Assembly: GCA_020025675.1 (NCBI GenBank)
Contig: JAHHRS010000001.1
Coordinates: 4,812-68,811, forward strand
DNA from: Oscillospiraceae bacterium
Lineage (GTDB): Bacteria; Bacillota; Clostridia; Oscillospirales; Oscillospiraceae
Direction of reading: 5' to 3'
DNA: 64,000 nucleotides
Part shown: piece by piece, positions 8,785-18,475 of the stretch
Numbering within the stretch: the stretch's first letter is position 1
Layout of the letters: every line of letters starts with the position of its first letter
Notes under the pieces: generated by a model
Database searches by the model: none
What the model was told of the DNA's origin: nothing
What the model saw: the letters and a program-made list of their open reading frames with translations, nothing else
Position numbers and translations under genes: made by a program

Positions 8785-8902
8785 AGTAAATCCTCCATTT
8801 TAAATCTCATTATATGGATATTATACCACATTTTACATGAAAGCTTCAACGTAATAAATGCACATAATAGGAATACATAATGTAAATGGAGGTAAATTAT
8901 TT

Positions 8903-9073
8903 ATGAACAAGAAGAATATGTATATCGGAGTAGGTCTTGGAGCGTTAGCTTGTGGAGCAGCGGCTATGATGTTAAAACCCCATAAAAAGCACAAAATGAA
9001 AAGCTCTGTGGGAAAGGCATTAAAGACAATGGGTGATGTAGCGGAGTCTATATCCGACACTATGGGCTGGTAA
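8903..9073 (+). CDS. Small hypothetical membrane protein (56 aa)
   Basis: GGAGG is 8 nt upstream of the ATG at 8903. One predicted TM (IGVGLGALACGAAAMML) followed by a lysine-rich tail. The track ORF starts earlier (8858) without an RBS. Confidence 0.45.
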   Translation: MNKKNMYIGVGLGALACGAAAMMLKPHKKHKMKSSVGKALKTMGDVAESISDTMGW

Positions 9074-9137
9074 AAAGGAAATTTTCGCCGTATCATACAG
9101 GATAAACAGATTTTTTAAAAAATTTTTTAAAAAACCC

Positions 9138-9166
9138 TTGCAATTTATTCCAGACTGTGCTAATAT
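9138..9166 (+). promoter_or_regulatory. Promoter of tRNA-Arg
   Basis: TTGCAA (9138-9143), 17-nt spacer, extended -10 TGcTAATAT (9158-9166). Confidence 0.55.
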
Positions 9167-9184
9167 AATCAGGCTCTAAGAGAT

Positions 9185-9261
9185 GCGCCGTTAGCTCAGC
9201 TGGATAGAGCGTCTGGCTACGGACCAGAAGGTCAGGGGTTCGAATCCCTTACGGCGTGCCA
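9185..9261 (+). tRNA. tRNA-Arg (anticodon ACG)
   Basis: Cloverleaf read by eye. Acceptor GCGCCGT/ACGGCGT, D-arm GCTCAGCTGGATAGAGC, anticodon stem-loop TCTGG-CTACGGA-CCAGA, T-arm AGGGGTTCGAATCCCTT, and an encoded CCA. Confidence 0.92.
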
Positions 9262-9264
9262 GTC

Positions 9265-9301
9265 AAGCCGGTATCCCATTGGGATGCCGGCTTGTTTCTT
9301 T
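9265..9301 (+). terminator. Intrinsic terminator after tRNA-Arg
   Basis: AAGCCGGTATCCC / GGGATGCCGGCTT stem, then GTTTCTTT. Confidence 0.8.
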
Positions 9302-9584
9302 ATATGATAAAATGAAATGAAAAACAATGGGAAAAGCTATGCTTAAAATCTGCAAGCTGCTGCAATGTGAAAGCTTTATCCCATGCACTGTGCCGAACCG
9401 AAGCCGGGGACAAAAGTCCCCAGCCTTATTATATTTATAATAAAATTAAATTCTTTAGCGTAACAGCACTCCGTTTATAAAGCGGCGGTTTTTGGTTGTC
9501 CCGAAAACAAAAATGTGGTAAAATAATATCTGAGAAAATTAATTAGACAAGTCCTCATAATTTCGGGGAAAAGGAGTTATTATT

Positions 9585-11741
9585 TTGGATACTATAAACC
9601 AGATACTGGCAAGGGAACTTGACAGGCCGCTGAATCATATTGAAAATGTTGTAAATCTTCTGGACGAGGGAAACACTATACCTTTTATCGCCCGTTACCG
9701 TAAGGAAATGCACGGAGCTATGGACGACACCTCTTTAAGAACTCTTGAGGAGCGTCTTCGGTATCTGCGCTCTTTACAGGAACGTAAGGAGACAGTTAAA
9801 AAGTCAATAGAAGAGCAGGGAAAAATGACGGAGGAACTGTCTGATGCAATTGATCAGGTGGAGACCCTTTCCGCTCTTGAAGACTTATATAGACCCTATA
9901 AACCGAAACGCCGCACCAGAGCTACCATAGCACGGGAAAAAGGTCTTGCACCTCTTGCTGAAGAGTTATATGCACAGAGTTTAGAGATGCCTTCTCCGGA
10001 GACACTGGCAGAAAACTATATAGATCCGGAAAAGGGTGTTGAGAGCATTGAAGATGCTTTAGAAGGTGCCTCCGATATAATCGCAGAGCAAATATCTGAT
10101 GATGCGGAGATAAGAAAAATACTCCGTGCTTTTATAGAGACAAATGCTTCCGTAGTTTCTTCTGCTGCAACTGAGGAGGATTCGGTATACAGCCTTTACT
10201 ATGAATTTTCTCAGAGAATAAGCAAATTACAGGGGCATCAGATATTAGCCTTAAACAGAGGGGAAAAAGAGGGATTTTTAAAGGTCAGCATAGAGCTTGA
10301 CAGAGACGGAGCTTTGCAGAAGCTGCGCCGTGCTGTAATTAAACCCGGATCTCCCGCAATGGCATTTGTAAGAGCTGCTGCCGATGATGCATATGACAGA
10401 CTTCTCTGGCCTTCTATGGAGAGAGAAACCAGAAACGAATTGACTGACTGGGCCTGTGAGGGAGCTATAAAAATGTTCGGTCTTAACTTAAAGCCCTTGC
10501 TCATGCAGCCCCCTGTTAAGGGAAAAGTTACTATGGGCCTTGACCCCGGCTACCGCAACGGCTGTAAGGTGGCAGTAGTTGACGGTACGGGTAAGGTTTT
10601 AGATACAGCGGTGGTCTACCCAACCTTTAGCGAGGGCAGGAAAAAAGAGGCAATAAAAACCCTTTCAGCCCTTATCAAAAAGCATGGTGTTCAGCACATA
10701 GCAATTGGAAACGGTACTGCCTCCAGAGAGACGGAGCAGATGACAGTGGAGATGCTGAAAGAACTGGACGGAGGTCAATCCTATGCCATTGTCAATGAGG
10801 CGGGAGCCTCTGTTTACTCTGCTTCAAAACTTGCGGCAGAGGAATTCCCGGATTATGACGTTAACCTCCGCTCTGCCGTTTCCATAGCAAGACGCTTGCA
10901 GGACCCGCTGGCGGAGCTTGTAAAAATCGAACCTATGGCAATAGGTGTAGGTCAGTATCAGCATGACATGCCTCAGGCAAAGCTGGAAGAGACTCTGGAC
11001 GGAGTTGTGGAAGACTGTGTTAATGCTGTGGGCGTTGATATAAATACGGCATCTCCATCTCTTTTACAGAGAGTTTCCGGTCTAAATAAGACAACGGCAA
11101 AAAATATCGTAGCATACCGTGAAGAAAACGGTCTGTTTTTATCTCGTAAGGATATTAAGAAGGTGCCCAAGCTCGGCCCCAAGGCTTTCCAGCAGTCTGC
11201 CGGCTTTTTAAGAATTCCGGAGAGTGAGCAGGTGCTTGATAACACCGCGGTTCACCCGGAGAGCTATGAGGCCGCTGAAAAGCTTCTTGCACTTTGCGGT
11301 TATTCCCTCAGCGATGTGGCTGAGGGAAATATAGCTGAGCTTCAAAAGCGTATGGAAAGCTTCGGTATTTCCAAAGCGGCTGAGGAGTGCAAAGTCGGTG
11401 AGCCCACTTTGCGGGATATTGCTCAGGAGCTTATGAAGCCGGGCAGAGACCCCAGAGAAGAGCTGCCTCCTGTGCTGCTGAGAAAAGATGTTCTGGAAAT
11501 TAAGGACTTAAAGCCCGGCATGGTTTTGACCGGTACGGTAAGAAACGTTATAGACTTCGGCGTTTTTGTGGACATCGGAGTTCATCAGGACGGGCTTGTA
11601 CACATCTCACAAATAAGCGACAAGTTTATCCGTCATCCAAGTGAGGTGCTGGCAGTAGGCGATATAGTAAAGGTAGTTGTACTTGATGTGGACGAGAAGA
11701 AACACCGAATTTCACTGTCTATTAAGCAAGTAAAAGAATAA
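9585..11741 (+). CDS. tex: Tex-like transcription accessory protein (YqgF/HHH/S1 domains)
   Basis: TTG start after AAGGAG. N-terminal IPFIARYRKE, YqgF-like centre (GLDPGYRNGCK), and C-terminal S1 domain (GTVRNVIDFGVFVDIG). Confidence 0.93.
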   Translation: MDTINQILARELDRPLNHIENVVNLLDEGNTIPFIARYRKEMHGAMDDTSLRTLEERLRYLRSLQERKETVKKSIEEQGKMTEELSDAIDQVETLSALEDLYRPYKPKRRTRATIAREKGLAPLAEELYAQSLEMPSPETLAENYIDPEKGVESIEDALEGASDIIAEQISDDAEIRKILRAFIETNASVVSSAATEEDSVYSLYYEFSQRISKLQGHQILALNRGEKEGFLKVSIELDRDGALQKLRRAVIKPGSPAMAFVRAAADDAYDRLLWPSMERETRNELTDWACEGAIKMFGLNLKPLLMQPPVKGKVTMGLDPGYRNGCKVAVVDGTGKVLDTAVVYPTFSEGRKKEAIKTLSALIKKHGVQHIAIGNGTASRETEQMTVEMLKELDGGQSYAIVNEAGASVYSASKLAAEEFPDYDVNLRSAVSIARRLQDPLAELVKIEPMAIGVGQYQHDMPQAKLEETLDGVVEDCVNAVGVDINTASPSLLQRVSGLNKTTAKNIVAYREENGLFLSRKDIKKVPKLGPKAFQQSAGFLRIPESEQVLDNTAVHPESYEAAEKLLALCGYSLSDVAEGNIAELQKRMESFGISKAAEECKVGEPTLRDIAQELMKPGRDPREELPPVLLRKDVLEIKDLKPGMVLTGTVRNVIDFGVFVDIGVHQDGLVHISQISDKFIRHPSEVLAVGDIVKVVVLDVDEKKHRISLSIKQVKE

Positions 11742-11769
11742 TATTTAGACAAATATGGCTAAAGTGTCA

Positions 11770-11801
11770 AAAAATCCACCGTCCAGACGGTGGATTTTTT
11801 G
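11770..11801 (+). terminator. Intrinsic terminator after tex
   Basis: AAAAATCCACCG-loop-CGGTGGATTTTTT. Confidence 0.85.
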
Positions 11802-11868
11802 TTAACAACGGTAATTGAATTTTTAACCTTAAAGCTCTATACTTTTACCCGATAAAGGAGGGTTTCAG

Positions 11869-12717
11869 ATGAGCGTAAAGATTATTTGCGATTCTGCATG
11901 CGATATGACAAGAGCCGAGGCTTTTGATAAGGATGTTATACTCATACCTCTCAAAACACATATAGATGGAAAAGAGTATAGAGACGGAATAGATATAGAC
12001 GGAAATAAATTTTATAAACTGCTTTCCCAATGCAACCAGCTGCCCACAACCAGCCAGATAGGGCCGGGAGAATTTCTTAATGCATACAATGAGGCGGGTA
12101 AGGATAACGAGATAGTTGTAATAAGCATGTCCGGTGCGCTGTCGGGCACAGCACAGAGTGCAAAGATAGCGGCTATGGAATTTGACGGAGAGGTGTACTG
12201 TGTTGACAGCCTCAATGTTACAGCGGGAGAGAGAATTTTACTTGAGTACGCACTCAGACTAAGAGACAAAGGTCTAAATGGCAAAGAGATTGCAGAAGAA
12301 CTGGAAAAGGCAAAGTCAAAGGTCTGCATTGTGGCCAGAGTTGATACTCTTGAATATCTGAAAAAGGGTGGAAGACTGGGAAAGTTTGCGGCTGCCGCAG
12401 GTATGGTTTTGAACGTAAAACCGGTTTTGGAAATTGACCGTGGCGAAATAAAAATTATAGGCAAGGCCAGGGGCGTTAAACAGAGTAATAATATGCTGAC
12501 TCAGATAATCAGGGAAAAGGGCGGAATTGATTTTTCAATGCCTTTGATGCTTGCTTATTCCGGCTGCGACAGGAGCCTTCTTGATGCCTATATAGAATGC
12601 AGCCGGCCCATTTGGGAAGGAAATACCGAGGATCTGCCCACCTGCGTTATGGGAAGCACCATTGGTACTCATGCAGGTCCGGGAACGGTTGCAGTGGCAT
12701 TTTTTGTAAAAGAGTAA
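11869..12717 (+). CDS. DegV family fatty-acid-binding protein (paralogue 1)
   Basis: Typical DegV start (KIICDSACD), TSQ motif, GTHAGPG near the C-terminus, 282 aa. Confidence 0.9.
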   Translation: MSVKIICDSACDMTRAEAFDKDVILIPLKTHIDGKEYRDGIDIDGNKFYKLLSQCNQLPTTSQIGPGEFLNAYNEAGKDNEIVVISMSGALSGTAQSAKIAAMEFDGEVYCVDSLNVTAGERILLEYALRLRDKGLNGKEIAEELEKAKSKVCIVARVDTLEYLKKGGRLGKFAAAAGMVLNVKPVLEIDRGEIKIIGKARGVKQSNNMLTQIIREKGGIDFSMPLMLAYSGCDRSLLDAYIECSRPIWEGNTEDLPTCVMGSTIGTHAGPGTVAVAFFVKE

Positions 12718-12741
12718 ATCTTCGGAATCAGAACTGTATAA

Positions 12742-12776
12742 GAAATGGACATATCGGTTTTCGATATGTCCATTTC
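12742..12776. terminator. 15-bp perfect hairpin between convergent degV and hlyIII genes
   Basis: GAAATGGACATATCG (12742-12756) / CGATATGTCCATTTC (12762-12776). The U-tracts are weak on both strands. Confidence 0.55.
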
Positions 12777-12779
12777 CTG

Positions 12780-13460
12780 TTATAAAACATATTTTAGTAT
12801 GCAAATTGCGTGAAGCAAAGCACCGATGTCCACAAAAATGTGGAAAACTGTATGATAGATAGGCTTTTTCTTACCTACGTTGTATAGAATTGCACCTAAA
12901 GTATATGATATTCCGCCCAGAAGGAGTAAAATAAAACCGTTTGTACCTGTTGTATCCAAGGTTGGTTTCAGCGCCAGCACTATAAACCAGCCCATACCTA
13001 TATAACAGGCCATTGAGAGCTTGGAAAACTTGTAATGATCAATAGCTGTAAAGACAGTTGCGAAGACTGCAAGCGCCCATTCCGCTCCAAATACTGTCCA
13101 TGCCCAGCCCGGATGTATAGGGCGCATGGCACTTAAAAGTATAGGGGTATATGTGCCGGCTATGAGAAAATATATAGTGCAGTGGTCTATTACCTGCATG
13201 ACCTTTTTTGCCATTCCCGGCTTCAGACCGTGATAGACACTGGACACAGTAAACAGCAAAATCATAAATGCGCCGTAAACAGAGACACTTACGATACCCC
13301 AGACATTGTGATGAGAGACGGAAATAAGAATGCCTAAAACTAATGTTATAATGCCTACCACTGCCCCTGCTATGTGGCTTGCCATATTCATCAGATCTTC
13401 TTTTCTCGTATAATCCGGGAGACTGCGCTCTCTAAGTGGTGTGCGTGACAATTTAAACAC
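12780..13460 (-). CDS. Hemolysin III / PAQR family membrane protein
   Basis: Seven hydrophobic segments. Motifs SSVYHG, DHCTIYFLIAGTYTP and HIFV are characteristic of the HlyIII/YplQ family. GTG start, so the exact start is uncertain. Confidence 0.85.
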   Translation of the reverse strand: MFKLSRTPLRERSLPDYTRKEDLMNMASHIAGAVVGIITLVLGILISVSHHNVWGIVSVSVYGAFMILLFTVSSVYHGLKPGMAKKVMQVIDHCTIYFLIAGTYTPILLSAMRPIHPGWAWTVFGAEWALAVFATVFTAIDHYKFSKLSMACYIGMGWFIVLALKPTLDTTGTNGFILLLLGGISYTLGAILYNVGKKKPIYHTVFHIFVDIGALLHAICILKYVL

Positions 13461-13605
13461 CTGCCCTTTCTGGAATAAAGCATAGCGCAGAAATGGCAGA
13501 GAGACAAGCTACCTATGATTTTTGGCCCTCTACTGAGGAGAGAGAAGGACTCTACGCTTATAAAGAGCCAAAAACCTCACTGAAAAATTTTATTCCATAA
13601 ATCTA

Positions 13606-13830
13606 TCAGTCGCATTTTGGAAAAATTTCCGAAAGCAATTCCTCCGCTTTGACTTTATTTTCGGATGGAACATAAATTTTCAATTTTTCCTGAATTCCCG
13701 TTTTCAGAGTCATTCCTGCCCCATGTACAGGCAAGGCGGTACATGGAATGTGGTTGTCCTTTAAAACCTCCATGAGCATATCTGCCCACATTTTTTCTTT
13801 CACAACTAACAATTCATAATCGGTATTCAT
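13606..13830 (-). CDS. Small hypothetical protein (possibly DUF2007-like)
   Basis: I prefer the start at 13830 (AAGGAGG RBS 6 nt upstream) to the track start at 13863. 74 aa. The family assignment is tentative. Confidence 0.5.
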   Translation of the reverse strand: MNTDYELLVVKEKMWADMLMEVLKDNHIPCTALPVHGAGMTLKTGIQEKLKIYVPSENKVKAEELLSEIFPKCD

Positions 13831-13961
13831 TGATATCCTCCTTAAAATTTTTATTAACCTCAATATAATTTTTCTATTTCTTCAATTATAGCACGGCTGT
13901 TTATGAATATGCAGCTGTTTTAAACCAAATAAAATATAAAAGTCTCATAAGCTAAGCGTTA

Positions 13962-14000
13962 AAAAACGGCAGCAACGAAAATTTCGTGACTGCCGTTTTA
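13962..14000 (-). terminator. Intrinsic terminator of the envelope operon (minus strand)
   Basis: AAAACGGCAG ... CTGCCGTTTT long hairpin. On the minus strand it is followed by TTTTTT. Confidence 0.8.
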
Positions 14001-14009
14001 TTAAAAGCT

Positions 14010-15002
14010 TTATTCTTTTTTTTCACATACCGTGAAGTAAGCTACAAATGATGATGCGAACATCAGCACAGCACCTAAACTCATAACAGTATAGCATTTA
14101 ATGTACCAGTTGCCGTGCCTCTGGACAAGATACTCAAAATATCCCACCAGTGCAAGGCCGCCTAAAAACACAAGCCAGATAATGACATGGTAGAATTTAA
14201 AGCCTCTGGCTTTTAAGGATGCTACGCTGTAATATACAAGTGCTGCCAGCAAGGCTAATGCACTGACTATCTGCACAAGGCTTATAAAGCCGTTGAGACG
14301 GAAGAAGCTGGAATCATAACGGGTACTGTCCAGAACCACTTCCACAGCACCGTAGAGAGCCATAAAGATAATGGCGGTATGACCTTTCTGAAGTCCCCAG
14401 AGCATGGGGACTTTATTTCTGCGGCCGTAAAACACCACCAGAAACACCGTAATAAGCATCATAATTAAAAACTGAATGAAAAATGTGGCGAAGCGGTACT
14501 CGATAAGTCCGGTTGAAGTGGGAACCGCAATGCCGATTGGCAGATGCTGAAATTTAGTGTTCTGAATAATAATTGTGCTGCGGCATGATGAATTGAACAG
14601 GGAGCTCAGGCGAATAAAAGCTATGCAAAGTGCTGTGCCCGGTGCCAATGCATCAAATAGACCGGAAGCGCTTCTTGTAATGTGAAGCGACTTTACTATA
14701 ATTCCTGCAAGGAAAATTCCTATAAACATGCCGGGCAGACAGTATCCTCCGTTTGAGTAATCCGTAATGGCTTTAAACATACCCGGATACTGCTCTGCGT
14801 GGCAATACCAGTGTATAAAGCGGCAGAAAAGAACAGAGAGAAAAAGAGCTATGGGGAGCATAACCCACATTGCCGCGCCTCTGCCGCCGTTTGCGGTGTA
14901 TAGAGAGTAGCTCAGACAGAAACCGGCTGCAATGCCAAGAGTTATGATGATTGCGCTCCAATATATTATTGTGTTGCCACTGTATATTGCTATCTCACTC
15001 AT
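14010..15002 (-). CDS. Polytopic membrane protein, divergent Lgt (prolipoprotein diacylglyceryl transferase)-like
   Basis: 330 aa with about 7-8 TM helices. Segment order resembles Lgt (N-terminal YW..II..LGI, NGG, an R-containing loop, TRYDS near the end), but the GRxGNFxNxE loop reads IRLSSLFNSSCRS. There is an ATGA overlap with the upstream gene. Confidence 0.55.
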   Translation of the reverse strand: MSEIAIYSGNTIIYWSAIIITLGIAAGFCLSYSLYTANGGRGAAMWVMLPIALFLSVLFCRFIHWYCHAEQYPGMFKAITDYSNGGYCLPGMFIGIFLAGIIVKSLHITRSASGLFDALAPGTALCIAFIRLSSLFNSSCRSTIIIQNTKFQHLPIGIAVPTSTGLIEYRFATFFIQFLIMMLITVFLVVFYGRRNKVPMLWGLQKGHTAIIFMALYGAVEVVLDSTRYDSSFFRLNGFISLVQIVSALALLAALVYYSVASLKARGFKFYHVIIWLVFLGGLALVGYFEYLVQRHGNWYIKCYTVMSLGAVLMFASSFVAYFTVCEKKE

Positions 15003-16624
15003 TGTGCCGCCTCCTCATCGGGAATTGCCGTTGCAAAGTAGATTATGTCACTCATTGTGCGCTCATAACCATAGTCCACATGGTTAACGCACTCACCGTT
15101 CATCATGAGGACAGATGTCTGACCGCCGTCAAGACCGTAAACCTTGGGGCAGCCCTTGTCAAAAAGAAAGCGGCCTACCTGATTTAATGTTGCGGCTACG
15201 GTGTATCCTACATCGTAGTTGACGGTCATAAGTACATAATGAAGTTTATCGAATTGGCCTATTGCAGATCTTGAATATGTAGTGTTTATTTCGCCTATGG
15301 GGTAGCTTGAAACTTCACGAAGCTCGCCGTTGTCAGCCAAAATCGGGCCAAAAGACAAAGTAAATATAACATCGTTGTCTTTTATAAACTGCTTTGTATA
15401 TTCCTCATCATAAAGATCTCCGGCGTAGGAGAAGAGCAGATCACCGGAAGAGGTTATATGGCAGGAATCAAGTTTGTCAGGCACAAAGCGGAAAAGCTGA
15501 CGCTGGAAAACTGTAACGCCTATCTGGCGGAAGTCATAAAAATCACCGTTTATCGCCACTACTGAGTTACACTCTTTTGCCATATCAGAGGCATAGTAAC
15601 GTTTACCTACGCTGTAACTGTCACCTGCGACCTTACGGCGTATCTGAGAGCCGTGAGCTATTTTTATCTCTGCACAGGAGCAACACTTGCCGTCAATGTC
15701 TTCTTTCCATGTTATTGCTAAAATAGTGTCATCAAGATAATATTTTATCTCGGAACCGGGAATAAAATTGGCATCCGGATTAAAAGCCACTTCCTGACCG
15801 TCCAGAAGAGCGGCAGCAGATTCGATAACTTTCATCACTTCCTGCGGGTCTGTGGTTGAACCGAAATTATTGGGATTGGGCTTAGGAGCAACGTTAACTT
15901 CCTCTCCGATTGTATATATTTTAGGAATATAAGTCAGGTCTTTGAGGGCGTCGCTTGCTGCGTTATTTACGTAGTTATCGAATTTCTCAGCCAGATTCAT
16001 TTGGGATTTGACGGAGGTTTTTGTGACTGTACCTGAATCCGGGTGCACATTCTTCAGCACCCAGCATAGGGAGAAGATGCCTAAGACAGCAAAAATTATG
16101 CTCAATACTGCGGAAATACCACGCTTATCGTTCTTTTCTTCATCTGCCATTGGTTTTTTCGCAGGAGACGGGAATTTCTGCTCAGGTAAAATCTGACGCT
16201 CAGGCTGTGTATTTTGTCTCATTGTTCTGGCCGGTTGAGGTGCTGCCTGAGGACGGCTGCGCCTTTCCTGTACCGTGTTGTGAACGGGTCTGCTCTGCTT
16301 TGGTTCAGCCGTGTTCTGTATGGGTCTGCTGTGTTTTGGCTCTGACATATTTTGAACCGAACGATGAACGGGAGCAGGGTTTGAAGCGGATACTTTTGCC
16401 GCAGGCTCAAAACGAATATCGGAAAAGCTTCCGCTTCCAAAAAAGTCTTCGGCAGCTTTATTTGCGGCAGAGCCGACTGCTTTTTGAGGAGTCTTTTCAT
16501 ATGGGTTTGAAGCGGGAGGATTGTTATCGCTCTCCTGAGTATTTGCACTGGTTATCATGTTTTCACTGTACGATGAAAATTCAGCAAGTATATCGTCAAT
16601 GGAATAATCTTTATTATCGTTCAT
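14999..16624 (-). CDS. Phosphodiester glycosidase (NAGPA/DUF2233) family protein with disordered N-terminus and one TM
   Basis: Low-complexity N-terminal 160 aa, TM (ISAVLSIIFAVLGIFSLCWVL), then a domain with AINGDFYDF, GPILADNGE, RSAIGQ and LDGGQTS motifs. Confidence 0.75.
   Translation of the reverse strand: MNDNKDYSIDDILAEFSSYSENMITSANTQESDNNPPASNPYEKTPQKAVGSAANKAAEDFFGSGSFSDIRFEPAAKVSASNPAPVHRSVQNMSEPKHSRPIQNTAEPKQSRPVHNTVQERRSRPQAAPQPARTMRQNTQPERQILPEQKFPSPAKKPMADEEKNDKRGISAVLSIIFAVLGIFSLCWVLKNVHPDSGTVTKTSVKSQMNLAEKFDNYVNNAASDALKDLTYIPKIYTIGEEVNVAPKPNPNNFGSTTDPQEVMKVIESAAALLDGQEVAFNPDANFIPGSEIKYYLDDTILAITWKEDIDGKCCSCAEIKIAHGSQIRRKVAGDSYSVGKRYYASDMAKECNSVVAINGDFYDFRQIGVTVFQRQLFRFVPDKLDSCHITSSGDLLFSYAGDLYDEEYTKQFIKDNDVIFTLSFGPILADNGELREVSSYPIGEINTTYSRSAIGQFDKLHYVLMTVNYDVGYTVAATLNQVGRFLFDKGCPKVYGLDGGQTSVLMMNGECVNHVDYGYERTMSDIIYFATAIPDEEAAQ
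16253..16372 (-). repeat. Three imperfect tandem 12-codon repeats inside the glycosidase N-terminal region
   Basis: Protein units are PVHRSVQNMSEPKHSR, PIQNTAEPKQSR and PVHNTVQERRSR. The corresponding roughly 36-nt DNA units are visibly similar. Confidence 0.6.
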
Positions 16625-16634
16625 ATCTAAGTAT

Positions 16635-18335
16635 TTACCCTCCCTGGTTAGCAGTATTTCCGCTGAGCGCCCTTATAAGACTCTGTGCGGGAATTACATA
16701 CCAGCTGCCGTCTGAATATACCAGCTGAAGCTGTATACCTTCGCTTGTATAATAATTTTCTGCGTTTTCCAAAACTTCACTTAAAGCCTTCGCATAGGCT
16801 TCATGGGCAACCTCAGGAAGATAGTTATTATTTTCGTCATATACGGACTTCCTGGGCCGGCTCTCAACAATTTCCTTGAGAATAGATTCAGTCTTTGCCT
16901 GTACATCGTCCTCAGTAGAGGGAAGGTCAAGAAAAGTAAACTGAATTTGCTGCTTTGCTTCCAGCTTATCTACAAAGCAGTCACCGGTAAGCTCATAGGA
17001 AAAGCTCTCCCTGAGAGCGTCATACATCAGCTTTCCGATTTCGTCGGAAGGCTGATTCTCAAGCCCCAGACTGGAGTAGCTGTGGAGGAGGGAGTAGGCA
17101 TTGTCGTAATTGCCGGAAATTACAGAGTCCATAAAATCAGCAGCTGTCTTCTGGGGATCTCCGGTAGGCTTTGCTACAATCGTACCCATATTAACTCCAA
17201 GAATGCTGATAATAAGGGCAAGTGCGGAGAAAACTGCGGCAAGTATGGCCCACACAGGCCGTATGCCACCGCGTTTTTTTATGAATATCGCAACTACGGC
17301 GATAAAAGCCATAAGAACCAATATACAGCACACCACGGAGCCAAGACCAAAACCGGTGCCGGACTGGGTTGGGAGCGCCATGTCGGCTCCTGTATTTATC
17401 AAGCTCTCACCTGAAAGCTCACTGTTCATAGACTCCGCTGCCTCCTCTTTCTCTTTCTGTTCTGCCTCGTCTTTTGCCTGCTCTTCGGCCTTAATTCGCA
17501 GGGCAGTGTTATACTGAGTATAGCCGCACATCATAGTTGCAAAATCAGCCATAACATTATAAGCACTGTTTACCCCGTCGGTAAACATTACAAAGACTAT
17601 TGGGTCATCAGTATAGGCTATGGCACTGTCACACAGATAAAGGGTTGAACCTTTAGTCAGGTAGCCGTATTTATGTGCTATATCGTACCGCTGTTCTTTT
17701 AATTTAAAATAGTTGTTCGGTTCGGCCTTTTGCATCTTTTCGATAAGACCGGGAAAACGTTCCGGGTTTTCAGCCAATAGTCTGAGACATGTTATCATCT
17801 GCTTTGGGGTAAAAAAGTTATTTTCATAGTACTTTGGGTCTGCATTTTCAGGGTCTACACCCATGTAAGGTGCTATAAGCTCACGATAGCGGTGGTAAAC
17901 CGTATTTTCGTTATCAAGCCATTTACCCGCCTCTGACCAAAGTATCTTTGCGTAGTCGTTATTGGAGTGAACTATGGAGCCATCAAGAAGTTCAGAGTAG
18001 CGGTAACCTCCTATTAAGTCGTCCATAGCAAGTTCACCTTTGCCGACCTTCTCGGTAAAGAGCATGTTGAGGGGGACTTTAAACATACTGCCGGAAATCA
18101 TATACTGATCGGCATTAACATAGTGTTCTTCACCTGTTACAAGATTGTAGTAACCAAGGCCTATATTTTCTTCGTTTACATCGTAAAGTTCAAAAAGTTC
18201 ACTTACTATCTGATCCCAGCTTTTCCCTTCGTAGGAAAATTCCCCGTCTGTTTCAGCTGCAAAGGCCGCAGGGTTCAGATTTAAAAACAGGCACATGAGC
18301 AAAAGCACTGATAATATTTTCTTTAGAATGTTCAT
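16635..18335 (-). CDS. Secreted class-A beta-lactamase-like serine hydrolase with TM hairpin and extra C-terminal domain
   Basis: Signal peptide (LLLMCLFLNLNPAAFAAE). SxxK (SMFK), SNN and KYG motifs are in class-A order. Acidic linker, two TM helices, then an unassigned domain of about 190 aa. Confidence 0.7.
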   Translation of the reverse strand: MNILKKILSVLLLMCLFLNLNPAAFAAETDGEFSYEGKSWDQIVSELFELYDVNEENIGLGYYNLVTGEEHYVNADQYMISGSMFKVPLNMLFTEKVGKGELAMDDLIGGYRYSELLDGSIVHSNNDYAKILWSEAGKWLDNENTVYHRYRELIAPYMGVDPENADPKYYENNFFTPKQMITCLRLLAENPERFPGLIEKMQKAEPNNYFKLKEQRYDIAHKYGYLTKGSTLYLCDSAIAYTDDPIVFVMFTDGVNSAYNVMADFATMMCGYTQYNTALRIKAEEQAKDEAEQKEKEEAAESMNSELSGESLINTGADMALPTQSGTGFGLGSVVCCILVLMAFIAVVAIFIKKRGGIRPVWAILAAVFSALALIISILGVNMGTIVAKPTGDPQKTAADFMDSVISGNYDNAYSLLHSYSSLGLENQPSDEIGKLMYDALRESFSYELTGDCFVDKLEAKQQIQFTFLDLPSTEDDVQAKTESILKEIVESRPRKSVYDENNNYLPEVAHEAYAKALSEVLENAENYYTSEGIQLQLVYSDGSWYVIPAQSLIRALSGNTANQGG

Positions 18336-18393
18336 TTATAATATCTCCGGGCGATTATACGCCTACCATAACATATTTCATCTTAGCTTTTCT

Positions 18394-18421
18394 ATTTTAC
18401 CATTAAAGCGTACAATTTCAA
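18394..18421 (-). promoter_or_regulatory. Candidate promoter of the envelope operon
   Basis: On the minus strand: TTGAAA (18421-18416), 16-nt spacer, TAAAAT (18399-18394). Confidence 0.4.
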
Positions 18422-18475
18422 TAGTAAGCTTTCACAAAATACTAAAGAATAGTTAAGAATTTACAAAAAGCAATC

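Noticed and set aside
9327-9440. A 37-codon ORF (MGKAMLKICKLLQCESFIPCTVPNRSRGQKSPALLYL) in the tRNA-Arg/tex intergenic region.
   Set aside because: There is no Shine-Dalgarno sequence in range, no promoter, and no compositional signal. It is most likely chance.
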